Of a DNA stretch of 64,000 nucleotides, positions 25,721-38,382 are shown in pieces. Location: assembly GCF_004010195.1 (NCBI RefSeq), contig NC_057757.1, forward strand, positions 482,367 to 546,366, given 5' to 3'. The notes beneath the pieces were generated by a model. It was not told where the DNA came from and did no database searches. It worked only from the letters and a program-made list of their open reading frames with translations. Source of the DNA: Chiloscyllium plagiosum (taxonomy: Eukaryota). Each line of letters opens with the position of its first letter. The first letter of the stretch is position 1. The translations under genes and the position numbers were made by a program.

Positions 25721-26370
25721 AGGGGAATTGTGGTAGAGGGAATGGTGGAGTGGGATGGAGGGAGAGAGTAATGGGGCAGGTGGAGTGGGGGAAATGGGAT
25801 GGAGGGAGAGGGGAGTGGGGGGAGTGGGGGAAANNNNNNNNNNNNNNNNNNNNNNNNNNNNNNNNNNNNNNNNNNNNNNNNNNNNNNNNNNNNNNNNNNN
25901 NNNNNNNNNNNNNNNNNNNNNNNNNNNNNNNNNNNNNNNNNNNNNNNNNNNNNNNNNNNNNNNNNNNNNNNNNNNNNNNNNNNNNNNNNNNNNNNNNNNN
26001 NNNNNNNNNNNNNNNNNNNNNNNNNNNNNNNNNNNNNNNNNNNNNNNNNNNNNNNNNNNNNNNNNNNNNNNNNNNNNNNNNNNNNNNNNNNNNNNNNNNN
26101 NNNNNNNNNNNNNNNNNNNNNNNNNNNNNNNNNNNNNNNNNNNNNNNNNNNNNNNNNNNNNNGTGGAAGGAGGGTGGAGTGGAGTAAATGGAATAGAGTG
26201 GAGTGGAGGGAGGGAAATGGAGTGGAGGTAATTAGGGTGGAAGGAGGGTGAGCTGAGCCGGAGAGGGTCTCAGAGGGTGAAGTAGGAATGTGGGGTTCTG
26301 GCAGAGTTGAATGGAGCAAATGAGGGAGGGATATTGCAATAGGAGGGTTGGGGAGCAAAGTGAGGTAGAT
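25720..26370. repeat. Purine/G-rich low-complexity tract containing an assembly gap
   Basis: GGGA/GGAG-rich sequence on both sides of the N run 25834-26162. Confidence 0.85.
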
Positions 26371-26629
26371 GGAAATGTGGGAAACCAGTGGGACCCCATT
26401 TCGAGCATTGAGACGTTTGGAGAGAGTCCATCAGCCCCCAACACTTCAACATTACGGTTCTGTTCCCGGAATTTAGAAGGTGAGTGGTTGATTTAAAGAT
26501 TTCAAGATACTAAGAATAGGTAGAGTTGATTGAGAGAAACTATTTCCACTGCTTGGTCTGGGAGTGGGGGCAAGGTCCACAAAGATCAGAGCCAGACCTT
26601 TCGGAAGTATAATTAAGGAAATCAAGGCC

Positions 26630-27680
26630 ATGTTTAACAGAGTGTGTCTTAAAGGGTCTCTAGCAAATGTGGAATCAGAGGGAAACTCTCCATTGTTGGA
26701 ATCATGTGTGGCACATCGGAAGACGCATGTGGTTGTTGGGAGTTGGTAATCTCAACTTCAGGACATCTCTGCAGGAATTCCTCAGAGTAGTGTCCTAGAC
26801 CCAACATCCTCAGCTGTGCATCAATGACCTTCCCTCCACCATAAGTTCAGAAATGGGAATTGTGTAATCGTTGGCAAACATGTTCAGCACCATTAGTGAT
26901 TCCTCAGATATTGAAGAGGTCCATGTCCAAATGCATCAAGACCAAGATAATGTCCAAGCTTGGGCTGAAAAATGGCAAGTAGCATTCATGCCACACAAAT
27001 GTCAGGCAATGACTGTCTCCAGTAAGAGAAAAATCTCACCATTGCCCCTTGAGATCAATGGCATTACCATCACTGAATCCCTCATTATCAACATCCTGGA
27101 CATTACTATTGACAAAAACTGAACTGGACTCACTGCATAAACTCAGCAGCTACTAGAACAGGTCAGAGGCTGGGAATCCCGCAGTGAGTAACTCACCTCC
27201 TGACTCCCCAAAGCCTGTCCCACCATCTACAAGACACAAATCAGGAGTGTGATGGAATACTCCCCACTTGCCTGGATGGGTATAGCTCCAACAGCACTCA
27301 AGAAGCTCAACACCATCCAAGACAAAGCAGCCAACTTGATTGGATATTTGTGGATGTGATGCCACTGTGTCTCCGGCCGATGCTCAGTCTCAGCAGTGTG
27401 CACTATCTCAAAGATGCACAGCAGAAATTCACCAAAGATCCTTAAACTGCACCATCCAAACCATTGACCACTTCCATCTAAAAGGACATGGACAGCAGAT
27501 ACATGGGAACACCACCCCCTGCAAGTTCCCCTCTGAACCTGCCTTGGAAATATACCACTGTTCCTTCAGATTTGCTGGGTCATAATCCTGGAATTCCCTC
27601 CCTAAGGGCATTGTGAGTCAACCTGTAGCTCACAGATTGTAGCAGTTCAAGAAGGCAGCTCACCTCCATCTTCTCCTGCC
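26630..27680 (+). mobile_element. Degenerate LINE (CR1/L2 group) reverse transcriptase and 3' region
   Basis: ggaattcctcagagtagtgtcctag (GIPQSSVL) and VQAWAEKWQVAFMPHKCQAMT; related copies at 40985-41600, 48361-48720 (minus) and 5640-5900. Confidence 0.8.
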
Positions 27681-27804
27681 ATATCCCAGGTTTTGGCCTC
27701 AGAATAATTCCAAGTTGGGGTGACAATTACCGCACAACCCCTCTGTATGCCTTCCCATGCTGTTACTGCTCCCTAGGCAAGGAGAGCTGGAATATTGAGG
27801 GCCG

Positions 27805-28090
27805 TACCATCAGTTAGCTCAGTTGGCTGGATGTCTGGTTTGCTTTGCAGAGTGACACCAGCAGAATGGGCTCAATTCCCTGCACTGGCTGAAGTTACCC
27901 TAAAGGACTCTCCTCCTCAACCCCTCCCCTCTCCTGAGGCATGGTAGCCCTCAGGTTAAGCCACCACCAGTCATCTCTCTCTCCGTCTCTCTATATATAT
28001 GTATGCATATATTGTATCCCTCTCTCTCTATCTATCTATCTCTCTCTCTCTCTAGGATGAAACAGCTATGGTCTGCTATGGCTTCACTGT
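27805..28090 (+). mobile_element. tRNA-derived SINE with internal (CT/AT)n
   Basis: tagctcagttggctgg A-box-like head; sister copy at about 58550-58750. Confidence 0.6.
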
Positions 28091-28564
28091 CAACTAGGCA
28101 ATGGGGCTTTTGGGGAGGTAAGAGCAGCACACATTGTTTTCCATCCTGATGTAGTCGCAAACATTAACATCAGGTGGCAGCAAAGTTCCAGGACAGGAAC
28201 GGAGACAGCACTTTTTTTTCAGTTGTAGCCATCTGCTGCGCTAAGCCGTGCGATGTTGGTGGGAAAACAAGCATGTTTTCCATTAACTGTTACGCCCCAA
28301 ACAATCTCTGAACTCTGCCACTGCAAGGTGATGGGCAGTCAGCTCTGGGTGAGAGCACAGCACTATCGGTAATTAGAGTGGACAGTTTGTGTTAGACTAT
28401 TCAGTAGGGCACTTGGAACGTACATGAAAAGCCTCATGGCAGAGAGTCTGGCAAGTGATCTATTGAACTGCTTAATTGAGATGTTATTCTCTACCACACT
28501 TATTCACCATGCAGACCGTGGACACTTGCTTCTGAAACATACAGGCAATAAACAACCATTGTTT

Positions 28565-28888
28565 GGATTAGATTAGATTACTTACCATGTGGAAACAGGC
28601 CCTTCAGCCCAACAAGTCCACACCGACCCGCCGAAGCGCAACCCACCCAGACCCATTCCCCTACATTTACCCCTTCACCTAACACTACAGGCAATTTAGC
28701 ATGGCCAATTCACCTAACCTGCACATTTTTGGACTGAGGGAGGAAACCGGAGCACCCGGAGGAAACCCACGCAGACATGGGGAGAATGTGCAAACTCCAC
28801 ACAGACAGTCGCCTGAGGCGGGAATTGAACTTGGGTCTCTGGCACTGTGAGGCAGCAGTACTAACCACTGTGCCACCGTGCTGCCCAT
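28565..28888 (-). mobile_element. HE1-type V-SINE, near full length
   Basis: Reverse complement of 12147-12452. Confidence 0.9.
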
Positions 28889-29004
28889 AGTGCCTCCATG
28901 ACCATGTGCCCCAAAATCCTTGCAGGAGGGATTATGGAACCAAAATTGACACAGTCACTTTAGGAGGCGTTAGACCCGCACACACCCTACAGTTCAATCT
29001 TTGA

Positions 29005-29990
29005 GGTCAGTGCTGAGGGAGAGGGCAGTGTCGGAGGGTCAGTGCTGAGGGAGAGGGCACTGACGGAGGGTCAGTGCTGAGGGAGAGGGCACCGTCGGAG
29101 GGTCAGTGCTGAGGGAGAGGGCACTGACGGAGGGTCAGTGCTGAGGGAGAGGACACTGTCGGAAGGTCAGTGCTGAGGGAGTGGGCACTGTTGGAGGGTC
29201 AGTGCTGAGGGAGTGGGCACTGTTGGAGGGTCAGTGCTGAGGGAGTGGGCACTGTTGGAGGGTCAGTGCTGAGGGAGTGGGCACTGTTGCAGGGTCAGTG
29301 CTGAGGGAATGGGCACTGTCGGAGGGTCAGTGCTAGGGAGCGCCGCACTGTCAGAGGGTCAGTGCTGAGGGAGAGGGCACTGACGGAGGGTCAGTGCTGA
29401 GGGAGAGGGCACTGACCTGAGGGAATGGGCACTGTCGGAGGGTCAGTGCTAGGGAGCGCCGCACTGTCAGAGGGTCAGTGCTGAGGGAGAGGGCACTGAC
29501 GGAGGGTCAGTGCTGAGGGAGAGGGCACTGTCGGAGGGTTAATGCTGAGGGGTTGGGCACTGTCAGAGGGTCAGTGCTAGGGAGCGCCGCACTGTCAGAG
29601 GGTCAGTGCTGAGGGAGTGGGCACTGTCAGAGGGTCAGAGCTGAGGGAGTGCCGCACTGTCAGAGGGTCAGTGCTGAGGGAGTGGGCACTGTCAGTGGGT
29701 CAGAGCTGAGGGAGCACGTGCTGTTGGAGAGTCAGTGCTGCGGGAACACTGCATTGTCAGGGTCAAGGCACACTGATAGCATGGGATAAAATATATCCCT
29801 TACCCTCCACTGCTGTGGCTTATTCCCACAGTGCTGTTTATGGGTGCTTGCTGTGCTCTAAACAGTGTCATTCTCTCATTCCCCACCCCATTACAACAGT
29901 GACTCCACTCCAGTGAAGCTTCTCACTGGCTGTAAAATGGTATAGGGCACCCTGAAACTGTGGAACCTGCACTCAAGAAGCCTTTTCATG
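29005..29990 (+). repeat. 33-bp (32-33) minisatellite array (29005-29760) followed by DeuSINE-like tail
   Basis: gggtcagtgctgagggagtgggcactgtcgga units, then gctgtttatgggtgcttgctgtgc...ttacaacagtgact...ggctgtaaa. Confidence 0.85.
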
Positions 29991-30534
29991 CAGTCAAAGG
30001 GGTTAGAGTGACTTTCAGCATTTGGATGACACTTTACCCTTGCAGTCTGACCTATCAGATGAGCTCACAAGCTGTAAACACAGCCTTGTGTTTGCTAACA
30101 CCCACTGAGCCAGACAGTGGGGCAGGTGTGTTTGTGAGAGTGTTGGAGGATTGCCAGTTTGTTCGAGGTGAGATTGGGTGGAGCCAGACAGGTGAGTAGT
30201 CAAAACTTTCAAAAACTGAAAAGTACCAATTTTTATTAGATATATTTTTAATCAGTAATGGAAGTGGTGGTTATGGAGAAAGCTAATAAAATAGATTTGA
30301 GAATGATCAGATTAGCGAAGATCTCATTGAAAGGTAGAGTAGACTCAATGGGCTGAATGGCCTCTTTCTGTTCCTATGTCTTATGACCACTACAGGCATT
30401 CCCCAGTATACAAACATCCAACTTATGGACATTTTTACTTATGAATAGGATTTCATATTAATGTTAATTTTAAACATCCACGGGAGCATTATCCCGTACT
30501 TATGTTCGGCTATTTGATATCATACAAGATTACT

Positions 30535-30768
30535 GACAGTGTGGAAGCAGGCTCTTCGGCCCAACAAGTCCACACCGACCCGCCAAAGCGCAACCCAGCC
30601 AGACCCATTCCCCTACATTTCCCCCTTCACCTAACACTACGGGGCAATTTAGCATGGCCAATTCACTTAACCTGCACATTTTTTAGACTGTGGGAGGGAA
30701 CCGGAGCACCTGGAGGAAACCCACACAGACACGGGGAGAATGTGCAAACTCCACACAGACAGTCACCT
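30535..30768 (-). mobile_element. HE1-type SINE, 5'-truncated
   Basis: Similar to 28565-28810. Confidence 0.85.
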
Positions 30769-31074
30769 GTTCCTGAAGCAGATGGAGTGTTTGACCCTTG
30801 CTGGTGGAGGGTATGAGAATTAATCAGGGACCGGCTTTAAACTGAGCGGATTACAGGGATCAGCTATCCTGTCTCTAGAGCAACTGTACTGTCCCACAGC
30901 ACCCAGCAGAATAGAGTGGGAAGGTTACATCAAGGACAGGAGGAAATGTACCTTCACAATTCCTTACCTCAATCATTCAGGGAGCACAGCACTTCAACAA
31001 TGTAACAATAATGGGACTACCTTGTGCAGCCTACTCTTGTGCAGAACAGATTTAAAATAATGAGTGTCGTTATT

Positions 31075-32062
31075 GCCAGGTGCCAAGCCAGAATCAGAAG
31101 GCACTGGGATCGAACCCCATTGTGGAGCTGAGGGAGCGCTGCGCTGTCGGAGGTCGGCGCTGGGGGAGTGGGCACTCTCAGAGGGTCAGTGCTGGGATAG
31201 TGGGCATTGTCGGACGGTCAGTGCTGAGGGAACACTGTGCTATCAGAGGGTTAGCACTGAGGGAACGTTGTACTGTCGGAGGGTCACTGCTGAGGGAGCG
31301 CCACACTTGCGGAGGGTTAGTGCTGAGGGAGCGTCACACTGTCGGACGGTCAGCGCTGAGGGAGCGCCGCACTGTCAGATGGTCAGTGCTGGGGGAGTGC
31401 ACATTATTGGACGGTCAGTGCTGAGGGAGCGCCGCGCTATCAGAGGGTTAGCACTGAGGGAGTGCTGCACTGTCAGAGGGTCAGTGCTGGGGGGGTGGGC
31501 ACTGTCAGAGGGTCAGTGCTGGGGAGTGGGCACTGTCGGACGGTCAGTGCTGAGGGAGCACTGTGCTATCAGAGGGTTAGCGTTGAGGGAATGCTGCACT
31601 GTCAGAGGGTCAGTGCTGGGGGAGTGGGCACTGTCAGAGGGTCAGTGCTGAGGGAGTGCCACACTGTCGGAGGGTCAGTGCTGGGGAGTGGGCACTGTCA
31701 GACACTCAGCCCTGAGGGAGCGCTGCACTGTGGGACATTGATCTTGTAGGTGAAGCATGAAACTGAAACCCTGTCTGCGCTCTCAAGTGGGTGTAACAGA
31801 TTCTGCAGCCAAAATTTCACAGAAAGGTTTTGGGAGATCCCCTCAGTGTCTTGGGATTGTTCATTTCTCCTGAACCAACAGTATGAAAGCAGTTGAAGTG
31901 GTCAGTATCACCTTGTGGTTTGTGGGATCTTGCTGTGCCCATGTTGGCTGCCAAGTGAGTGCCGTGATACAACAGGGATCAGAGTTCAAACACAGTTACC
32001 GTGTCATTACCTGTAAGGTGCTGTGCAAAGTCCGAGGTGGTGAAATACACGAGAGGAATGCA
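31075..32062 (+). mobile_element. DeuSINE-like element: tRNA-like head, 33-bp array (31125-31735), Deu domain and tail
   Basis: gaatcagaagg..gggatcgaacccca head; after the array ctgtctgcgctctcaagtgg...tgtgggatcttgctgtgccc...gaggtggtgaaa. Confidence 0.75.
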
Positions 32063-32774
32063 CAACCGGCATTGTTGGCAGGATTGGGTTATTAAGCTGA
32101 AAACCAACACTGTGGAAGGGAGTGAGTGAGGGAGGCTGGTATTTAATGTCCAGAACATGTTCCCCTCGAGTCTGCTGCCTCCGCTGTCACTGGTCTTGCT
32201 AAAGATTTGTCGTGCTTGCTAATATTTCATTTTCATCAATGGAGCCGAATTAATTTAATCCTTGCAGGATTTCAGAGGCTCATTGACATCTGCCTTGTCC
32301 TTCTGGCTTCTAACATCGTTGTCACAGCTTTCAGAAGTATCCTGCAGGACTTGGCAGTTTAGAAATTCAGAATTTGTATTTCTGGCCGACCATTTATTTT
32401 GTCCCTGTTCTTTTGCCCTTGCTATTTCTAAACAGTTTAAAAGAAAACTAGGGCTCGAAATGCCGCCTTTGATAGATTTTTGGAAATTTATAAAGACAGC
32501 CATTGAATACCAGAAGCATGACAGCTGCACTAAACATTCAGCCACAGCCCTAGTTCTACTGTCCAATTCTAGATAAATAGATCAGGCCCTCGATTGAGTT
32601 CAATACAGCCATGTGAAAGGACACTGCATGGTTATTTGGATAGCAATGGTGTGCAGTGATATGGGTAAAAGGCAGGAGATTGGTACTAGATCATAGAACC
32701 GGCACAGACAGAATGGGCCAAATGGCTACCTTCTGCACCATAACAGTTCTATGACATGAGACTGCTCTGCCATG

Positions 32775-33235
32775 GAGTCATAGGGTTGCACAGCACGGAA
32801 ACAGACCCTTCAACCCAACTTGTCCATGTCGACCAGGTATCCTAAATTAATCTAGCATATCCCTCTAATCCCTTCCTGTTCATATACCCATCCAGATGCC
32901 TTTTAAATGATGCAATTGTACCCACCTTCACCACTTCCTATGGCATCTCATTCCATACATGCAACACCCTCTGCTTGAAAATGTTGCCCCTTAGGTTCCT
33001 TTTACAACTTTCCCCTCTCACCTTAAATCTCCGCCTCTAGTTTTGAACTCTTTCACCCCAGGGAAAAGACCTTGGCTGTTCACTGAACCCATGCCCCTCA
33101 TGGTTTTGTAAACCTCTATAAAGGTCACCCCTCAGCCTCCGATGTTCCAGGGAAAACAGCCCAGCCTATTCAGCCTCTCCCTGTAGCTCAAACCCTCCAG
33201 TCCCGGCAACGTCCTTGCAAGTCTTTTTTGAACAT
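32775..33235 (-). mobile_element. CR1/HER1 LINE 3' fragment
   Basis: Reverse complement of the 62000-62470 type sequence. Confidence 0.85.
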
Positions 33236-33659
33236 TTCTAGATTATGGCTGTTCATCTAACTCTGGGCCATTTTCTCGCGCTTTCCTTGATGCAAAGAAC
33301 GTGTGACGATCTGCTTGTCTTGGTCTTCGACACTCTTAGTGATTAACTCATCACAAGCCTCTGGGGTGGGGAATTCTCAGGATTCACCACCCTCTCAGCA
33401 AAGAAATTCCTCCTCTTCTCAATCCAGATTGATCAGTCCTTATCCTGAGATTGTGTTCTGCTGGTTCTGCAACCTTTAGAAAGAGTGAGAAAGTGCAGGA
33501 GACGGTGCTAAAGAGATTTGGCAGTACCAAGGTGAAGGTCTTCAGTGACATGGGTAGACTGGAGTTGGTCTCCTTATGTAAAACAGTGTATGTGTAAGGA
33601 GCAGGTGTTGGCCACTTGACCCCTCAAGCCGGTTCCTCTGTTCAAAAAGATCATGATTT

Positions 33660-34635
33660 AATTTGATTTATTATTGTCACACGTACCTAGGTACAGTGAA
33701 AAGTTTTGGTTTATGTGCAGAACACGCAGAGCATGCCATACAAAGTGCATTGAGGTAATAGAACAGAGCGAGGAATGCAGTGATACAGCTACAGAGAAGG
33801 TGCATAAAGTGCAAGGTCAATGTTAAATTTAAAATTTGAGCGATCCATTCAGAAATCTAATAACAGCGGAGAGGAAGCTGTTCTTGAACCTGTTGGTACA
33901 TGTGTTTAAACTTTTGTATCTTCTGCCCAGTAGAAGAGGTTGGAAGAGATTATAACTGGGGTGGGAGGGATCTTTGATGATGTTGGCTGCCTTCCCGAGA
34001 CAATGAGAAGTTTGTCAATAGATGGAAGGTTGGCTGCGTGATGAACTGGGCTGTGTTCACAACTCTCTGTAGTTTCATACAGTCTTGTGCAGAGCAGTCG
34101 CCATACCAAGCCATGATGCATCCAGATAGAATGCTTTCTATGGGGCATCTATAAAAATTGGTCCTTGTGAACATGCTGAATTTCCTTAGCGTCCTGATGA
34201 AGAACAGGCATTGTTGTGCTTTCTTGACCGTCGTGTCGACATGAGCGGACCAGTACAGATTGTTGGTGATCATCAATCCCAGGAGTTTGATGCTCTCGAC
34301 CATCTTCAGCTCGGCACCATTGATGCAGACAGGGGTGTGCCCTTCACTCCACTTCCTGAAGTCAATGATCAGCTCCTTTGTTTTGCTGACATTGAGGGAA
34401 AGATTGTTAAGTTTGCATCACACCACTAAGCACTGTGTGTCATTCCTGTATTCAGTCTCATCATGAGTGCTGGCCTACAGTGGTGGTGCAATCAATCAGC
34501 AAATCTGTAGATGGAGTTAGGACAAAATTTGGCCTCGTAGTCATAAGTGCAGAGGGAGTGCGGTAAGGGGCTGAGTAAGCAGCCTTGCAGGGTGCCTGTG
34601 TTGAGGATTGTGGTGGCGGAGTTGCTGTTGCCTAT
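33660..34635 (-). mobile_element. Non-LTR retrotransposon (Rex1/L2-like) RT C-terminal fragment
   Basis: NTGTLQGCLLSP...YRFAD; VKKAQQCLFFIRTLRKF...FYRCPIESILSGCIMAWYG. Confidence 0.8.
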
Positions 34636-35189
34636 TGCTGATGACAGACTTGATCCAGTCTCAACTCCACTTTCTGACCCCCTCCCCCCCCCCCCCCATA
34701 ATCTCAAATCCCTCACCAATCAAACATCTAACTCAGCCTTGATATATTCAGTGACCCAACCTCCTCCTCCCTGAGGGAGAGAATTTCAAAACGTAACAAT
34801 CCTCCAAATTTTTTTTAATATATCGTATCATATTCACCAGATAAGGGTGACACTGGCTAGGCCAGCGTTTGTTGCCCATTTCTAATTGTCCAGAGGACAG
34901 TTTAAGAGTCAACCATATTTCTCTGGGTCTGGAGCTACCTGTAGGCCAGAACAGGTAAGGACTGCAGTTACTTTGCCTACAGTTCATCAGTGAACAATGG
35001 TTTTTTTGGTTGACATTAGACTCTTGATTCCAGATTTAGTTTTATTGAATTCGAATTCCAACATCTATCATCGTGGGATTCGAACCTGGGTCCTCAGATT
35101 AATAGGTTTGCAAAATTGCCATGAGGCTATCGCCTCCCCCAAATTCTTTGTCATTTCCTAAATCATTTCTTAAATGGGAACCAAAAGAG

Positions 35190-35625
35190 CTGTGGATGCT
35201 GGAAATCAGAAACAAAAGCAGAAATTGCTGGGGAAACCCAGCAGGTCAGGCAGCATCTGCTGAGAGAGAAAGCAAAGTTAAGATTTTGAGTCCAGTGTCA
35301 AAGATGGGGTGGTGCTGGAAAAGCACAGCCGATCAGGCAGCATCCGAGGAGCAGGAGGGTCAACATTTCAAGCATAAGCTCTTCATCAGGATTCCTTATG
35401 CTCGAAATTTGATCCTCCTGCTCCTGAGATGCTGCCTGACCTGCTCTGCTTTCCCAGCACCACGCTCTTTGACTCTGATCTTCAGCAACAGCAGTCCTCA
35501 TTTTCTCCATTTTGGGTCCAGTGACCCAGTTGTGAAGAATGCTGGCTGGACCCGAAATGTCATCTCTGTTTTCTCTCCAAGATGCAGACAGATCTGCTGA
35601 GCTTTTCCAGCAGTTTCTGTTTCCC
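35190..35625. mobile_element. Nested fold-back Penelope-derived repeats (inner element 35298-35508)
   Basis: Two levels of inverted arms; 15-bp flanking direct repeat attttg(a/g)gtccagtg at 35283-35297 and 35509-35523. Confidence 0.7.
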
Positions 35626-36734
35626 ATCTCTTAAAAGGGACATCCCTAATTTTCAAGATGTGCTCCCTCTTCCTAGGTGTCCATCCTGAGAGCAAACATC
35701 CTCTCAGAGTCCACCTGTCAAATCTCATCAGGGTCTTATATATGTTTGAAAAAGATCACCTCGCATTCTTTCTTGGGCATCATTGGCGAGTCCAGCATTT
35801 GTTGCCTATCCCTAGTTGCCCCTTGAAATGTGTGTCTTGCCTGCCCATTCCACAGGGTGTCAACCATAATGCTGGTCTAGCGACCCATGTAGGTCAGACT
35901 GGATAAGAATGGCAGATTCCCCCTCTCCAGAAGGACATAATGAACCAGATGAGATTTTACAGCAACCAACATGGTCACAGTCACCATTAAATTAGCTTTC
36001 AACTCCAGATTTAATTGGATTTAAATTTCACCATCAGCCATGGTGAGATTCAAACCCAAATGACCCAGGACTTCAGGGTGCTGGACCAGTCATGTTGCTG
36101 ACACACCACCACATCCTCAATTCTTTCAAACTCTAGTGAGGCCCAACCTGTTCAACCGATCTGCTGTAGGAAAGGCCGTCATCCCAGGAATCAGTCAAGC
36201 AAATCTCTCCTGAATTGTCCCGGTACAAAAGGGGGGTCCCTCCTGAAGTGGGGGCGTCTCAGAGCTGAAGCTGCTAGCTACTGGCCTGGAAGACAACGAT
36301 CCCTCTCCCTGGGCTGTATCTGGTAAACGAATTTTTATTGTACCCTACAAGCCTAGGAAGCCATGTTACTTGGCTGAGAGCAGAGGACCAGGACTCGGAC
36401 AAAAGGAAGGAGACGCTTTTGCGGATGAAGAGTTGGCACACAGGTTCTGTAGGAACGAGCAGTTTAATTAAACAGGTCACCTCTTATAATCTGCTGCCTT
36501 GATTTCAGTGCTTGTGAATAAGAGCTATTGTTGGAAATATGGTTGTGTGACCTCACACGTTTCATTAAGTCCCAACTTGTCAGTTCTTGCCCACCCTGGT
36601 CCCGTGAAAAGGCTTTTTTTAGGATTTCAGAATGCCTCTTACATAACTGTGCTTGCTTTATTTAATTTTCTTTCACTCGATGCTCTGGATGCTCAAAGTT
36701 CCGAAAGAATGACCTAGGTTCTTCCAGATGAAGC

Positions 36735-37925
36735 TCTCCTTTTGAAGTGTAGTAACACACTGCTGTAATGTACAAGATGTGGCAGTAACTTTGCCTAAGC
36801 TTACCCAGGTTCTACCTTTTTCCTGTTGATGGATAAATATTGGTCAAAAAGTAGAAGGGGGAACTTGCCCAGCTCTTTGAGGAATCGCTCTACAACATCT
36901 TGTGTCCACATATCAGTGCAGACAGTGCGTCAGTTTGAATTCTCATCTTTAAAAAATCATCTCCAACAACATGGCACTCCCTCAGTGCTGACCCTCCGAC
37001 AGTACGGTACTACCTCAGCGCTGAACCTCTGACAGTGCGGCTCGGCCTCAGCACTGACCCTCTGACAGTGCCCACTCCCTCAGCACTGACCCTCCGACAG
37101 TGCAGCGCTCCCTCAGCGCTGACTCTCCGACAGTGCGACGCTCCCTCAGCACTGAGCCTACGACAGTGCGGCGCTCCCTCAGCGCTGACCCCTCCGACAG
37201 TGCCCACTCCCTCAGCACTGACCCTCCGACAGTGTGGTGCTCCCTCAGCACTGACCCTTCGACAGTGCGACGCTCCCTCAGCACTGAGCCTATGACAGTG
37301 CGACGCTCCCTCAGTACTGACCCTCCGACAGTGCGACGCTCCCTCAGTACTGACCCTCTGACAGTACGGCGCTCCCTCAGTACTGACCCTCCGACAGTAC
37401 GGCGCTCCCTCAGCACTGACCCTCCGACAGTGCAGCCCTCCCTCAGCACTGACCCTCCGACAGTACGGCGCTCCCTCAGCACTGACCCTCCGACAGTGTG
37501 GCGCTCCCTCAGCACTGACCCTCCGACAGTGCCCACTCCTTTAGCACTGACCCTCCGACACTGTGGCACTCCCTCAGCACTGACCCTCCAACTGTGCGGC
37601 TCTTCTTCAGCACTGACCCTCCGAACAGTGCGGCACTCCCTCAGCACTGACCCTCCGACAGCGCGGTGCTCTTTCAGTGCTGACCCTCCGACAGTGCAGC
37701 ACGCCCTCAGCTCTGACCCTCCCCGACAGAGCTCTCTTTCTCCCTGACAGCACTGACCCCTGACAGTGTCCTCTGATAGTGCAGTGGTCCCTCAGCACTG
37801 ATCCCCCCCCCGAAAATGCGGCACTCTCTCTCAGTGCTGACTCTCCCAACAGTGTGGCGCTTTTTCACTGCTGACCCTCCGACAGTGCGGCGCTGTCTTG
37901 GCACTGACCCTCTGATAGTGGAGCG
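36735..37925 (-). mobile_element. DeuSINE-like element with expanded 33-bp array (36960-37920)
   Basis: Reverse-complement Deu tail at 36735-36960 contiguous with the array. Confidence 0.75.
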
Positions 37926-38382
37926 CTATAGTTGTATAGTTGTGAGCTGTGGACACAGAGGTGGGGCACTACCCAACATCCACAACCAAAATTACAATTA
38001 GCCATGACGTGTCTGTGACCTCTCCCTGTATCATATGTTTTGGAGGAGCCCGTAAGAAATGGACAAACTGATATTTTGGTGTCGGAACAAGTTTCTCCAA
38101 CAGTTTACAATGATTGGTAGTGTCTGGTCACATTTTCCAATGGGAGTGTTTTTGTCGCAATGAGACGCTCAAATAGATTTGGGTATGCTGTCAGCAGTTT
38201 AATTCCCTCCCATTGTCTGATGTGATGAATTATTGAGTGTGACCTTCACGTGTTGTATGTGATAAAGTCCTGGTAGGGTGAGGCAGGGAGGCATGGTCAT
38301 GCTTTGTGTGACGGTACAAAGACTCTGAATAAGTCTGTCCCCAAAGGCAACAAGGGAATTAACCCTTGGTTTCCCAATAAGT

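Noticed and set aside
30390..30510. Tc1/mariner-type MITE end (TAcagg...)
   Set aside because: No matching inverted terminus was found, so support is too weak.
37010..37904. 33-bp arrays as CRISPR arrays or zinc-finger-like coding repeats (also 7.0-8.2, 29.0-29.8, 31.1-31.7 and 43.4-44.0 kb)
   Set aside because: Units are contiguous with no unique spacers, there are no cas genes, the context is vertebrate, and the arrays sit inside SINE remnants.
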